Shown here: one piece after another, positions 13,720 through 25,617 of the stretch
Layout: every line of letters starts with the position of its first letter
Position numbering within the stretch: the first letter of the stretch is position 1
Source: Camelus ferus
Taxonomy: Eukaryota
NCBI RefSeq assembly: GCF_009834535.1
Contig: NC_045707.1
Coordinates: 4,216,001-4,280,000, forward strand
Length of the DNA: 64,000 nucleotides
Reading direction: 5' to 3'
Program-made: the position numbers and the translations under genes
The notes under the pieces: generated by a model
Database searches by the model: none
What the model was told of the DNA's origin: nothing
Seen by the model: only the letters and a program-made list of their open reading frames with translations

Positions 13720-14999
13720 ATCCTAAATGTACATGTTGTATGTCTCTAAATATAGTTTAGAAAGTTCTAGAAGGATACCCACCACATAGTTAGCAATGGT
13801 TACTTCTAGGGAGGGAACTAGGGCTGGAGGAAAAGTGACTTTCACTGTTTACTTATATACTTGTAGATGGTTTGAATACTCCAGAATAAGCATGCATTGC
13901 TTTGCTCTTTAAATTTTTAAAAAGAAAAGAAAATGACTCACGAGCTCAACTGATCCCAAAAGTCAGTACTAGAAAAGCTGGGATGAGGGTGAAGCTAAAA
14001 ATTGTGGAGCAAATCACCAGGTCAGGATGCTGGGGGCCAAGGAAGTTGGTGGAGAGCAAGATGCCAGGTGGTGAGGGATGAGGGGGGTTTGGTGAGTTGA
14101 ACAGCAGGAAGTGAAGAAGCAGGGCTAAGACAGACCAAGGAAGTAGAGAAGGGATGAGAAAGAAGGGCCAGGAGAGCACAGGCCCTGAAGACCAGGGTAG
14201 GAGAGGACCCACAGAGAAGTTCCTCCCAGTCTATAGACCTGCACTGCCAGCAATGACTTGGGTTTTCATCTAGTCTGAGTCTCACTGTGTTTGGAACCAT
14301 GGATAGTAATGTAAATGGAAAAAAAAAAAAGTAATGTAAATGAGTGAAGCAGGCCAAGTGTAAGGCGATGTGGCAACTAACACTTTGCCTCTGTATGAGG
14401 AACAGTAGGGAGTGGTGGGGACTCTGGCGACCTGGAGATGTCGTACTCTGATAAAGGGAGCCCCTGCTCTTCTGCACCAGCTGATGATGGCCACGTGGAA
14501 GTGCAGACGCAGCCAGGACTGCTCGGTCCAAAGGGAGCAAACAAAACTCATGAGAAGCCCAGATGTGGCCCACAGATTGCCAATGAGTGGCCTCCAGTGT
14601 AGATGAAAAACCTGCAGGTTAGAGAGCAAGCTTGCCTGCAGCACACAGGATCCCCCAAAGAGTAAATCTCCAACATCATAACCCTCCTCCTCCTAGCCAC
14701 CATGTGTTGGAGTGAGGCAGGTCAACTCACCAAGCCGTTAAGGGCCTGTCCGGCCTGAGTAGTGTGGAACTGGCCCTCTCAACAATACACTTGTAACCAG
14801 TGAGGGGCAGGTCCTTGTTGTGACTTGTTGGTTGGTTGACTTATGTTGCTGTCATTTCAAACCTGTATATCTCGGAGATTTCTAGATTTATGCCTCAGAT
14901 TTCCTAAGTGCAGTTAAAAATCAAATGCACTGTAGCCAAAGCCCAAGACAGCCAAACAGACATTGCAGATGACTCACGCTAGTGTTCCTACACGACTAC

Positions 15000-15255
15000 A
15001 AAGGTGGATACACGTCATTACACGTTGTCCAAACTCACAGAACGTACAGCACAGAGAGAACCCTAATGTAAACACGGGCTGTGGGGGATAGTGATGTGTC
15101 AGTTTAGGTGCATCAATTGTAATAAATGTACCACTTCGGTGATGAGGAGGTTGTGCTTGTGTGGGGACAGGAGTTTGTGGGAACTCTGTACTTCAGCTCA
15201 ATTTTGCTAAGAACCTAGAACTGCTCTCAAAAATAAAGTTGGTTAATTTAAAAAA
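15000..15255 (+). mobile_element. Old L1 3' UTR fragment (L1MC-like)
   Basis: gtccaaactcacagaacgtacagcac...aaccctaatgtaaac...gggaactctgtactt...aaaaataaagtt resembles L1MC 3' ends. Confidence 0.7.
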
Positions 15256-15360
15256 TATGTATCTTTGAGATTTCTATGGTGCACATGTGCTTTCAAATAG
15301 AGGAGCCCCCTGGGCCTTTCCTTCCTTCCTGGAAGCCTTGCCTCAGCACTCACAACTCAC

Positions 15361-15443
15361 CAGGCTGTGCACCAGCGGGTTGGGACTCAGATCTATTTCG
15401 GCAATCGTCTGGTTCACCTGCTGTATGGAGCCAATAAGGCACG
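15361..15443 (-). CDS. FAM227A: FAM227A coding exon 2 (SCLIGSIQQVNQTIAEIDLSPNPLVHSL)
   Basis: 83 nt, phase 1/0, GTGAGT donor. Matches human SCLIGSMHQVNQKIADINL. Preceded by a U12-type branch point. Confidence 0.9.
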
Positions 15444-17233
15444 CTGGGGGGTAAGTCCGTTAAGGAAACTCTGGGTAATGATTACACACAAACAGAACAG
15501 GGTGGGGCTAGCCTGGCAAGGCGGTGGCTCACTCCCTTTTTGTGCTGTGTCTCCACTTAATTATTTTTGTTGTTGTTGTTGTTTTATTTTTCCATTTATT
15601 TTCCTTGCAAACATTCATACTTCTTTTATCTTGTTTCAAATGAGTTCCTTTATAAATGATAAGCAAAAATTAATCATATCGTAAATACCTTGGAAAACAT
15701 AAAAATCTTCCATTATGCTACCACCCTAACAACTTCTGTTAGGTTTTGGGGAGATTTTCTTCTAGTATTATTACATATATCCTTTTTTACATAATTACCA
15801 CCTTAGTGTATGCCTCTATTACTACTCTGACTTCTCTCCCACTCATTATTATGATCATTTTCCAAAAGGCTAAATAATCTTCATAATATTTTAAATGGCA
15901 GTATACAAATCCACTTAGACAACGTATCTTAACAGACTTAACTGTTCCTTGGCTATTGAATATTTAAGTTGTGTATAATTTTCTTGCAATTATAATGCTG
16001 TGATGTACAGAGTCGCACAAAGAGCTGTGTCCATATTTTGGATTCTTCCTTTAAGACAGACTTTTCAGGTGACAGATAGCTGGATCCAAGGGTATCTAGA
16101 CCTTGTTTATCACTCCTGAAATCTCTGTTCAGTTCAGTGGCCCCTCTTGTTGCCCTCTTTACTTTTGCATTTCTTTCTGTCTTAGCTTCAATTGGTCTAG
16201 GATATATCCTTTGTAAAAGTCCAATAATCCTACCACTCCTCACTGCCTTCACGTAAAGCAAGGTTCACTCTTACTTCCATTACCCTCAAGTGTTTTTACA
16301 AATCGGAGGATACTTGACAAATAAAGATGCCAAGGAGGGACATGACAAATCTTAGGAAGTGAAATGGGTTAGCCAGGTTGAGAGGCGTGTGGGATTAAGA
16401 AGAAAAGGGGGGACGTTAGAAAAAGGCCCAGGAAAGCGAGACCCTGAAGCAGATCATGATTTGTGCTCATCTTGAGAAGGGCCTCTGGGAGGGTGGAAGG
16501 GGAGGGAATGCAGAGGGACACATGCACTTTGACTGGCAGGAGCATGACTCAAAGGTAACTGAGCTCTATATAAAATGGAAAGACAGGGTTATTTATAACC
16601 TGAGAATGTCTTTATTTGCTGGATGGGCTCTAAGGTCCTTCAATGATGGGATTCTGTGGGTACCTTGGGATACAGTGTAGGGTCTGAAATGAGATAAGGA
16701 TCAATGAAGGCAGAGCCAGAGAAGGAAGATGTTGGTAGAGCCTGGATGATACCAGAAGGGGCAAAGTCTGGGCCCAGGTAGAAGTGCTGGCAGGTCAAAG
16801 TTTGAAAAAAAAAAAAAAGAAAAGGAAAGAAAAAAAAAAGTTGGTATTCGGCTAACTTGTTTGAGGGCAGAGGGCTGGACATGACTTCTGAGTTGCTATC
16901 TGTAAGTATAATTCTTTGGAAGACAGAAGGGAAAGAACAATGGGGGAGAAAAAGAACTTTTTTTCCTCTTCTTCCTCATTCTTTCAACAAATATTTCCAG
17001 TACTTCTTCTTTTGGGGCTTTTTTGCTTATCTTAGTAAAACAAACTCAAGTTCAACAATCCTTTGCAGGCTCAAATTCTTTTAGAGGACACGTAGGACTT
17101 AAGTAATTGAAAAAGATTAATGAATATATGAGAGATGAGCTAGTAAGGGGTACATGTTATAGACTCGAGCCCAGGTTATACCGCTGCAGCAGGTTGTTTG
17201 GTCTCCACTGTGGATGGCAGCATGGAAGGATAC
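15444..17233 (-). other. FAM227A: U12-type (minor spliceosome) GT-AG intron of FAM227A
   Basis: 5' site GTATCCTT at 17233-17226; branch point TTCCTTAAC at 15467-15459, 16 nt from the CAG at 15444; no polypyrimidine tract. Confidence 0.88.
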
Positions 17234-17375
17234 ACGGTGGACTGTCCTGTGGATCCTTCCTCACGGCATCCTTCATTTCATTCTGTGCAATGAGTGAGAC
17301 AGCCAGGTGCTCATCCACTGGCACCATTGGCAAGGCAGTGAAATTGATGACATCCATCTTCCTGAAATCAGTCAT
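17234..17375 (-). CDS. FAM227A: FAM227A first coding exon ([47 protein letters not shown])
   Basis: ATG at 17375; matches human [28 protein letters not shown]. Likely acceptor at 17464 (gatttccag), giving an 89-nt UTR part. Confidence 0.92.
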
Positions 17376-19549
17376 TGTCCAGTTCCTTGTAAACTGACAA
17401 ATGGTAAGTTTCCACTTTTAAGAGCCTCTCATTCCTCACTATGATCTTGCTCTCTTCCAGCCTCCTGGAAATCACAAACAGCACAGAATCGTCTTAGAAA
17501 GCACAACCATGCTCATCTTGTAAGCAAGGCTAATGGCAAGGCACATGGTGCATGTGACACAAGGAATAAAGGCTTTTGTCTGAGAAGCTCATTCTTAACT
17601 GAGGACTTCGAGGCATATATACTTTTTGCTTTCTATCTGCTGATCCCTCCCCTCAACCCCTAAATATTCCAGTTGTAAAAATAAGGAGACTAGAGTGCTG
17701 AAAAGGCTGGGGTTCCAAACCATGCAGCAAGCCAGTTTCCAAATTAGAAATCCAATCAAATCTCTTGGCTTCTCTGAGCCTCACCAATAAAGTCAGAGAT
17801 TTGGATTAGGTCCCTAAGACCCTTTTCAGCTCTCAGATGCTGTAATTCTATGATACTGGGTCCATCTAGTCAGCATGAGGTTCCTGATCTACCTGAGGCT
17901 TTCTGCTTCCTCTTAGAAAACTGGCCCCATCACTACTCTTCCTCCTGGATTTGGAATAATCTGGCCAGACTGCTCTCCTGGGTCTTTGCTTATTGGGCAA
18001 AGGGAGTTCATCACCACCATCTGTGGATCCTCCGTGTCCAGAGCCTGGTGGTATAAGCCTGGTTATAATGAAGTAAAAGATCAGATCTACCTTCAAGAAG
18101 CTTATACATGTGGAAAGAGAGAGAAAAGGTAGAGTTTGGTGGGAAAATTAACCAAGGCAGTGCCCTTTCGCCAGTCTCCTTTCCTCTTCTTTGGTTCACG
18201 CCTTCTGCTCGGCCCTCTTCTCCCTAGCCAGGCATCCTATATACCTGCCCCATGAACTTCCTCCTGGTCCCTGCCACACTATGCTCTTTGTGCGTCTAAG
18301 CCCTTGTACATGCTGTTCCCTTGATTCAGTGCTCAGCCTAGGTGACATATCTTTTGGAAAACCTTGATTTACTCCAGTACCACCCCTTCTCTGTGAAGCC
18401 CAGGATTCTGCTTTCAACTCTCTATTCCAGCACTTACAATACTGAACTAGAATTATTTGCTTCTACATCTTTCTCCATTAAGCAAAGTACTCCCTAGGAA
18501 TCAGGCTCACTCAATTTTTGATTCCATTTTTAACTCACTCACCACATTTCTTTCTAGTTCAAAGAGGCTCTCCATTTTGGGCTGTCGCAAGTCAGGTGGA
18601 TCATAGGAAAGACTGGCCCACGCCCAGGTCAGTACTATTTCCTTCCTCCCTCCTGCTCTTAGCTTTTAGCCGCACAAGCAATGGGAAGAGAGTAAAGAGG
18701 AGGCAGGTGCGTTTTAGCGCTTCTCACTTTCCTCTCACCCATCCCTCAGCATGACTGGAAAACTACAACACGTTTTCTGAAAAGCCAGGCTTAGGAGGAC
18801 CCTGCTAAGAAGCCTCTTGCTTTAGGTTAACATTATTACTTATGTCTAATGACAGAATTGAATATTCTGCTTCTTAAGAGAAATGTTTAAAATACTCCGT
18901 TCCCTTCTGAATTTTTCATCATACCATTTTAGGTTAAGTATTCTCTGAAACATGGTAAGTTTTTATGTCACTATTTGGGGAGGAAAAAAGGATGAGGGAG
19001 AAAACTAACTTCCCTGAATATCCACCCCATGCCCAGCACAGTGCGGTGGACGAGCGGCAGATGAGTGGAAGAGGAAGAAATGTCTTGCCTTCATGGAGCA
19101 CATATTCTGGCAGCTGAGATTTAAAGTTAACACGTTTTAACTTAAACATGTTAAACAAGTTAAAACAATACTGACCTTGGAGTCAGACAGACTTTTTGTT
19201 CAGGTCAACCTTCTGTCATTCAATGACTATTTACAGAGTGCCTCACACAGCCATCAAGTGTCCCTACTGGGGACAGGATGGTGAATTAAACCAGACTTGA
19301 TCCCTGGCCTAAGGAAGCTTATGTCTAGTAGGGGTGACATGTGATAATCAATTACATACATAATGATGAATTACAATGGATCACTGCTTCAAGGGGAGGG
19401 GGACACAGTGCTGTGAGACAATGTAACAGTGGGTACTGACCTAGTCAAAGTGGTAAAGATTTGAAGAACGAGCAGGAATTAATTAGATAAATGGGGAGGA
19501 GATATACCATCCAAGCTGAGGGGCACAAGAGTAGAAAGACAGGAAAAGT

Positions 19550-19823
19550 CTAGACCTGTGCCTCACAGTGGCCACTAGCCATGTGTGGCAATTGAGCCCT
19601 TGGAATCTGACTGGTGTGACTGAAGAATTAAAATTTAAAAACTGAAGCAGAATAAATTTTAAAATATTGACTGTATGTTGAAATTATCATATTTGGGACA
19701 TATGAGTCAAGTAAAATATTCAAATTAATATCACCTGATTTTTTTAATTAAAAAAATGGCTACCAGAAAATTCTAAATTACATTTGGCCCACATTACGTT
19801 TCCATTGGACTGTGCTGTGTTAG
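19550..19823. mobile_element. hAT-Charlie DNA transposon remnant (MER3/MER33-like)
   Basis: gtggccactagccatgtgtggcaattgagc at one end and catttccattggactgtgctg-like sequence at the other. Confidence 0.65.
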
Positions 19824-20140
19824 ACCATGTGGTTTGGTTCCAGAACATGGAACTCTCTTCCCTTTCCAATGAAGTGAGGTGCAATTGGAAGAAAACTGCA
19901 CTTGGAGCCAGAGACCCATGGGTACTGACCCCTCGTTGGATGCATGACCTAGTGCACTCACCAGGCACCAAGTAAATAGCCCCCAGATGACTCTGAGTTT
20001 CTTCATTTATCAAATGGAACCAATAATACACACTGTTAGGATTTTAGGAAATGTGGAGTTGATTTCTCGAGTAGTTCTCTGCCCCTGGCTCACTGTGAGA
20101 CCGTGAAGAGCAGAGAGGGGTCACTATTCGTTGGTCTTAC

Positions 20141-21170
20141 CTGAAGACATCCGACGAACTCGGGGCCGATTCCGCCTCGGGTCCCTCACTGCACTGCAAA
20201 GTTCTGGATGGGACACTAGACACCCTTTGCCCCCAACCAGGAAGGGGCGCCCTTTGTTTTGTGGCCGGGGAGGAGGAAGGAGGGGCTTTGGGGAGAGACT
20301 CATTTTGCTGCTGTGAGTCCTTCAGTTCTCCAGGCAACGCGAGGCGCAGCCAACACCTCCACCCTTCCTACAACAATGGAAGCGTCGCAGCCTCCACGCG
20401 TCCGCCAGACGCCGTTACCACGGCGACCGCCCTGGACGGCCAGGGAGACCAGACCAAGGGGTTTGTGGAGGGGGTGAGTGTTGTTCCTCGTCCTAGCGGA
20501 TAGCATGGAGAGTGAAAATGACTCCAGAAGACACTGCCTTTATGGAGTCTATTAAATATATCGAGGGACGTCTTCAAGAGTTTCTGGTGCTTCGTGTAGG
20601 CTCGCGTTGGGGACCGCGCCGCGCCGGGAACCCCCACCTCCCTCGGTGGTAGAGCCCGGCGGGGCTGCGCGTGCGCATGCGCTTGAGCGCGGCGGGCTGG
20701 TGGGCCGTGGCCGGCTGTCGCGGTCGTGGTGGGTAACGCGGCCCTGGATGGCACCTTGCGGTTGGCCAGCGAGTTAGCTTGGAACCCGGTTTCTGGGGCG
20801 CATCAGGTACGTCTCCGAACCTTGCGTCGTCCGAGGGCCCGAGGGCCCTAGGCGAGGTAGGATGCCCGGGCGTTCCCCAGGGGACCCAGGGCCTCCCCAC
20901 AGCTGGAGCGGCCGGAGGGCGTGGAGCAGGGGGCGGGCACTGGGTTCACCGCAAGCCCCGGGTTCACCGCAAGCCCGTCACCGCCCTTTTCGAAGTGTGT
21001 TTCCTAGTTTGTAAATTGGGGTGGTGATTAACCCCGTAAGTCAGCGACGAAGGTGATTAATGAGGGCGCGCGAATGAACGTTTGTTCACTACCGTTAGTT
21101 GAGTTGACAGCCCTGGGTGGCAGTGTACCTGCGTGACGCGTACTTGGCAGTCTCTGAACTCTGGGGGACG
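20141..21170. promoter_or_regulatory. CpG island and bidirectional promoter for FAM227A(-) and CBY1(+), with non-coding first exons
   Basis: CpG-dense. Minus-strand donor CAG|GTAAGA at 20141/20140 and plus-strand donor CAG|GTACGT at 20806/20807. Overlapping NRF1-type sites TGCGCGTGCGCATGCGC at 20666-20682; X-box at 20414-20427. Confidence 0.8.
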
Positions 21171-23148
21171 CGTTATCTCTTTGAGAATCAAATGAAAGCC
21201 ACAGACTGCTTCCTCACCTTCTTGTTAGGTTAAAATAATATAATGTACTTTATGGCAAACTGTGAAGCATTGCACAGTAATGAAATTATTATTAGCGCAG
21301 AGGAGTAGACCCTATTTGAAGCCAAGTTCCACCACTTTCCCAGGGTGTAATTGGAGGCAAGTTACTTAACTTCTCTAAGCCTCAGTTTTCTGATCTGTAG
21401 ACGGGAACAAACTACTTGATCTTCTGCCAGGGTTGTTGTATCAAATGCCACAGTTTTTTAAATAAACGGTAAAGCACAGAACATCCTCTGAGTGGGTACT
21501 ATTGTTGTTTATCGCTGATTATAAATAAAGAAGCCTGAGGCCGAGGGAAGGTAAGTGCTGGGAGTGAGCAGCAGGCGGTGGTTGGAACCCGTATGCTCTC
21601 CCTTCACTTCCTTTATGCTGAGCCCTCTCTCCCCAGGGAGCTTCACTGGCAAGAAGGCTTCTTGGGCCAAGAGGAGCTGGGACCTCTAGGTCTTCATTAG
21701 TGTTCCAGGACCCCAGGGCCTCAGCTGTTTGTGGGAGTAGTGGATCTGACTTAAAAGGCAGCTAGGCCAGACCCTTCCTTTCCCTCATCTGTAATATGTT
21801 GATATCTGTTCTTGGCTTAAGTGTTATGAGAATTAGTGAGGTCATGAGTGAAGTGCCCTGGTTAAAACCTGGAGAAATAAAATAACTTGGCCAAGGTTTA
21901 GCAGACAGTTGAGGAGCAGAGCCAGGCCTGGAACTTGTCTGTTGTGTCCCGGTGATCTGCTCAGGCTTAGTGTTCTTAGCACAGTTGTGGCCTTTGCAAG
22001 GACAACTTGGCTTATTTTTCCTTCCTCAAATGCCTCCAGATGCTTGAGAGGGGCAGGGGGCTGCTTTTTATTTGGTTTTTTGTTTGGTTGGTTGATTTTT
22101 TCATAAGTAGTACATGAGTATCATAATAATTCATTAAATCCAGAAATATATTTCTTTAATATAATTTTATATTGTGATATGAAATTGCCACTATTTGGCC
22201 TTTTTCTTTTTAACCTATAAAATGGGAAATTCAGTTGCCATCTAGTAGTCCCTTGTAAGAATGTGCCACAATGTATTTGGCTACACCAACCATTGGTAGA
22301 CATTTTGGGTTGTTTCTTATTTTTCACTGTTATCAACAATAGAGAGCATTTGTGTGCACATGTCCAATTCTTTCTGGAGCAGAAATGTTTACAAGTAGAT
22401 TTCCTGGCCAAAAAGTTTACACATTAAAAATTTTGCTAGGTTTTGCCTAGTTGAAAAAATGATAGCATTTTATGTTTCCACCAAGAGTAGATGAAAGTGT
22501 CTTTTTCTCCACACCCTCATCAGCATTGGATATGGTTGATCTCTTAAGTTCTGCCAACATGTTAAATGAAAATGCTTCTTTGTATGATGTACTCCACAAA
22601 TTATTAATACCAAGATAATTTAATATATATCTTTGGCCAACTGACCATGGCTATGGATCTTGGGAAAACTGGATAACTTCTCCAAGCTCTAGTTTTCTCT
22701 TCTCTGTTATGGACAGGAAAATAACTACCTTGTGGGCTTCCTGCAAGGAACAGAAGAAATATATGAAGTATACTCAGCATTGGGTCCAATCCATAGTGGA
22801 TATGCAGGAAACAGTGTTAGTTATTGTTATTGTGACCTTTTCTTTTTTGTGTTAAAATCCTTCTTCCTGAACATTGTCGTTTCATTCCTGTTCTGCCCTC
22901 TGTAAACATAAGATTAATTGTCTTCCCTCTTCCACCCTTTTTCTTTTCTCCAGCAGAAACAATGCCAGGGCCTTCCACTGTGTTTTGGATGATATGGTAG
23001 CACAGCTTCAAAATCCCTCAACATCCTGGTCCCCACTGCTGTCCTGTCCACCACCAAGCTGAAAGCATTCTGGTTTGTCCAAGTCTTAAAGTGTTGTGTC
23101 CCAGACCAAATACCTTCTCCCAGGTTGTGGATCTTCTGCTGTTTTTAA

Positions 23149-23149
<1 letters not shown>

Positions 23150-23184
<35 letters not shown>
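23150..23184 (+). repeat. (CA)~17 microsatellite
   Basis: Direct read. Confidence 0.97.
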
Positions 23185-23185
<1 letters not shown>

Positions 23186-23659
23186 AGTAAAACTCTCATG
23201 AGCACACACCCGAAATATCTTTTTTGTTGTTGTTATTTATAAATATATATATATATATGTATTGTAAAGTTTCCAAAGAAGCTTCTAAACTTTTATCAAT
23301 TTTAGCAACTAATTTCTGTGTCACTGAAAAAGGCACAGAAGTTTTCCTCGTGTTCTCATTGAATATGTATCTCACTAATTGTGAAGAATTCCTACTATGA
23401 GTTATCTTTTAACGATAGTTGATATAAAACCTTGTTTCAGAGAGTCTTGAGAAGGTCCCTCTTGTTTGGCCAACTGCTTGTCAGAAATGATAAACTCATT
23501 CCTGTTTTTATCTCATAATATGGTGAAGGAGGATTTTGTAGCACAGAGTGGGAAAAGTGAGAGCGAAGCTCTGCTGCTCTCCTTTGCTCACCTGTGCTTT
23601 CATTGCTGCCGTTGTCAGTCTGCAGTTTCTTAGAAGGAATCTTTTTAAACTATTTGTGT

Positions 23660-24660
23660 ATTATATGTTAAAATTGGGTGATATATGGGAAGAAATGAAC
23701 TGTGACTCCTGTCTCATACCACATATAAAAGTTAATTCCAGATGAATTGTAGCCCTAAATGTAAAAGATGAAAGAATAAAATCTCCAAGTTAATACATGA
23801 AAAATATGACCTCAGACTAGGCAAGAGTGTCTTGAATAGGACACAAAATCACTATCAGTAAAAGAATTGATAGGTTAGATCCCATTAAAATTAAGAACTT
23901 CTTTAATCAGAAAGAAACCAGAAAGAAAACAAAAAGGAAAATCCCAGATTGGGAGAAGACAATTTCAGCATTCTTTGTGTAGACAACACAGGACATGTAT
24001 TGAAATAAATATTGAGAACCTTTACAAATTAAGAGGAAAATAATTGACAATCCAATAGAAAAATGGCAAAAGACTTGTACGAGCATGTCATGAAAGAGGG
24101 TTTGCAAATGTCCAATGAGTACATGAAAAGATGCTGCATTTAATTAGTTGTTGGAGAAAAGCAAATTAAAAACAATGCAATACCACTGCATACCTACCAG
24201 AATGGATAAAATGAAACAGAAGATGCCAGATGTTTACAAGGATCTCTCATACACTGTTGGTAGGGGTATGGATTGGTACAGCCACTTTGGAAAACTATTC
24301 CCAGTATCTGCTAAAGCTGAATATATGAATGCTCTATGACTCAGCAGTTCCACTCTTGGTATAGAACTAGAGAAGTATGCTTATATATGCAGAAATACAT
24401 GTCCAAGCATGTTCTTAGCAGCACTGTTTTTAATAGACAAAAACTGAAAACAGTCCAAGCATCCACTTCATGCAGTAGAATATTTTACTGCAATGGGAAC
24501 AAACCAACTACAACTGCATACAACAAATTTCACAACGTGATATTGAGTGAAAAATACAGACACAAAGGAAGACATGCTGTCCAAGTCCATGGATATAAAG
24601 CTGTTGGGCTAGGCCTGTGGGTGATAAAATGTCTTGTCTCTTGATCTGGTGAGTGGCTAC
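23660..24660 (+). mobile_element. Old L1 ORF2/3' fragment (L1M-like) in CBY1 intron 1
   Basis: Decayed ORF2 motifs (WYSHFGK; aaaatggcaaaagacttg; gcaaattaaaaacaatgcaatacc). Confidence 0.75.
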
Positions 24661-24662
24661 AC

Positions 24663-24670
24663 GTGTGTGT

Positions 24671-24714
<44 letters not shown>
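24663..24714 (+). repeat. Interrupted (GT)n microsatellite, about 25 units
   Basis: Direct read; one CT interruption at 24675. Confidence 0.97.
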
Positions 24715-24717
<3 letters not shown>

Positions 24718-25539
24718 GTGAAAACTCATGAAGACCGACACTTGTGATTTGTATTCTTTTCTATATTTATGTGATACATAAATACACTTCTCCACCCCAC
24801 TGCTTCTTCTCCACCCCCACTCCCCCTGTGGGCAGTGTCAGTAAATCGACTTAACTGGGCCTGTGTGAATTGCAGTAGGTTACAGTGTGCTGAAGGCAGA
24901 CTTCTGGCTGCCATTGTCAGTTCTGCCATGTTGTGGGCCTCCTCCCACCAGTCACCTCCCCTACCATGTAAGACAGGTAACTTTCTGACATAGACTGAGT
25001 GAGGGGCACTGTTACCAAGCTGAAAGTGAAGGATAGCTATAGCTCCGTTTCTTTAAAATGGAGGTTATGTAGAAGCTGTTGCCCCAGGAGTGAGTCTTAC
25101 CAGTGTCCAGGAATAAGTGGGATTGTATACCTTGCTATGGACTGTAATCTGGTGATGCCAGTTTGTGACAAAACTTAAGACAGGCAAGTTAGGCACTTGC
25201 CTGGAGTTAACAAACTGTAGAGCCACAGAGACCTGTGTTCAAATTCTAGCTCCCACTTAGGACCTTAGTCTTTCTAAACCTCATCTGTCAGATGGGTGTA
25301 AGAGGAGTTAAAGGGCAGTGTGAGAGCTGAGATGTTGCAAAGGCTGTGGCATGCTGCCTGGCACATAGTGAGCATTCAGCGTGTGGGAGCTGTCACGAGA
25401 ATTAACGGCCACATGATAAGATGTGTGTTTTCTTGATTCAGGGACAGTGGCAGAAGGTCACTCACTCAACTCTTTGTACCCCTGACTTTTTCTGACCCTA
25501 GGAGAAAGGAACATTGACCTTTCTTTCATCAGGTCAGAG

Positions 25540-25617
25540 ATGCCTCTCTTTGGGAATACATTCAGTCCGAAGAAGACGCCCCCTCGGAAGTCGGCTTCTC
25601 TCTCCAACCTGCATAAT
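25540..25617 (+). CDS. CBY1: CBY1 (Chibby 1) coding exon 1 (MPLFGNTFSPKKTPPRKSASLSNLHN)
   Basis: Acceptor ttcatcag at 25532, ATG at 25540, GTGAGT donor. The RKSAS 14-3-3 site (Ser20) is retained. Confidence 0.97.

Noticed and set aside
15444-15457. Plus-strand GG|GTAAGT donor consensus overlapping the U12 acceptor region
   Set aside because: It is simply the reverse complement of the spacer between branch point and AG; no plus-strand exon or promoter is evident nearby.
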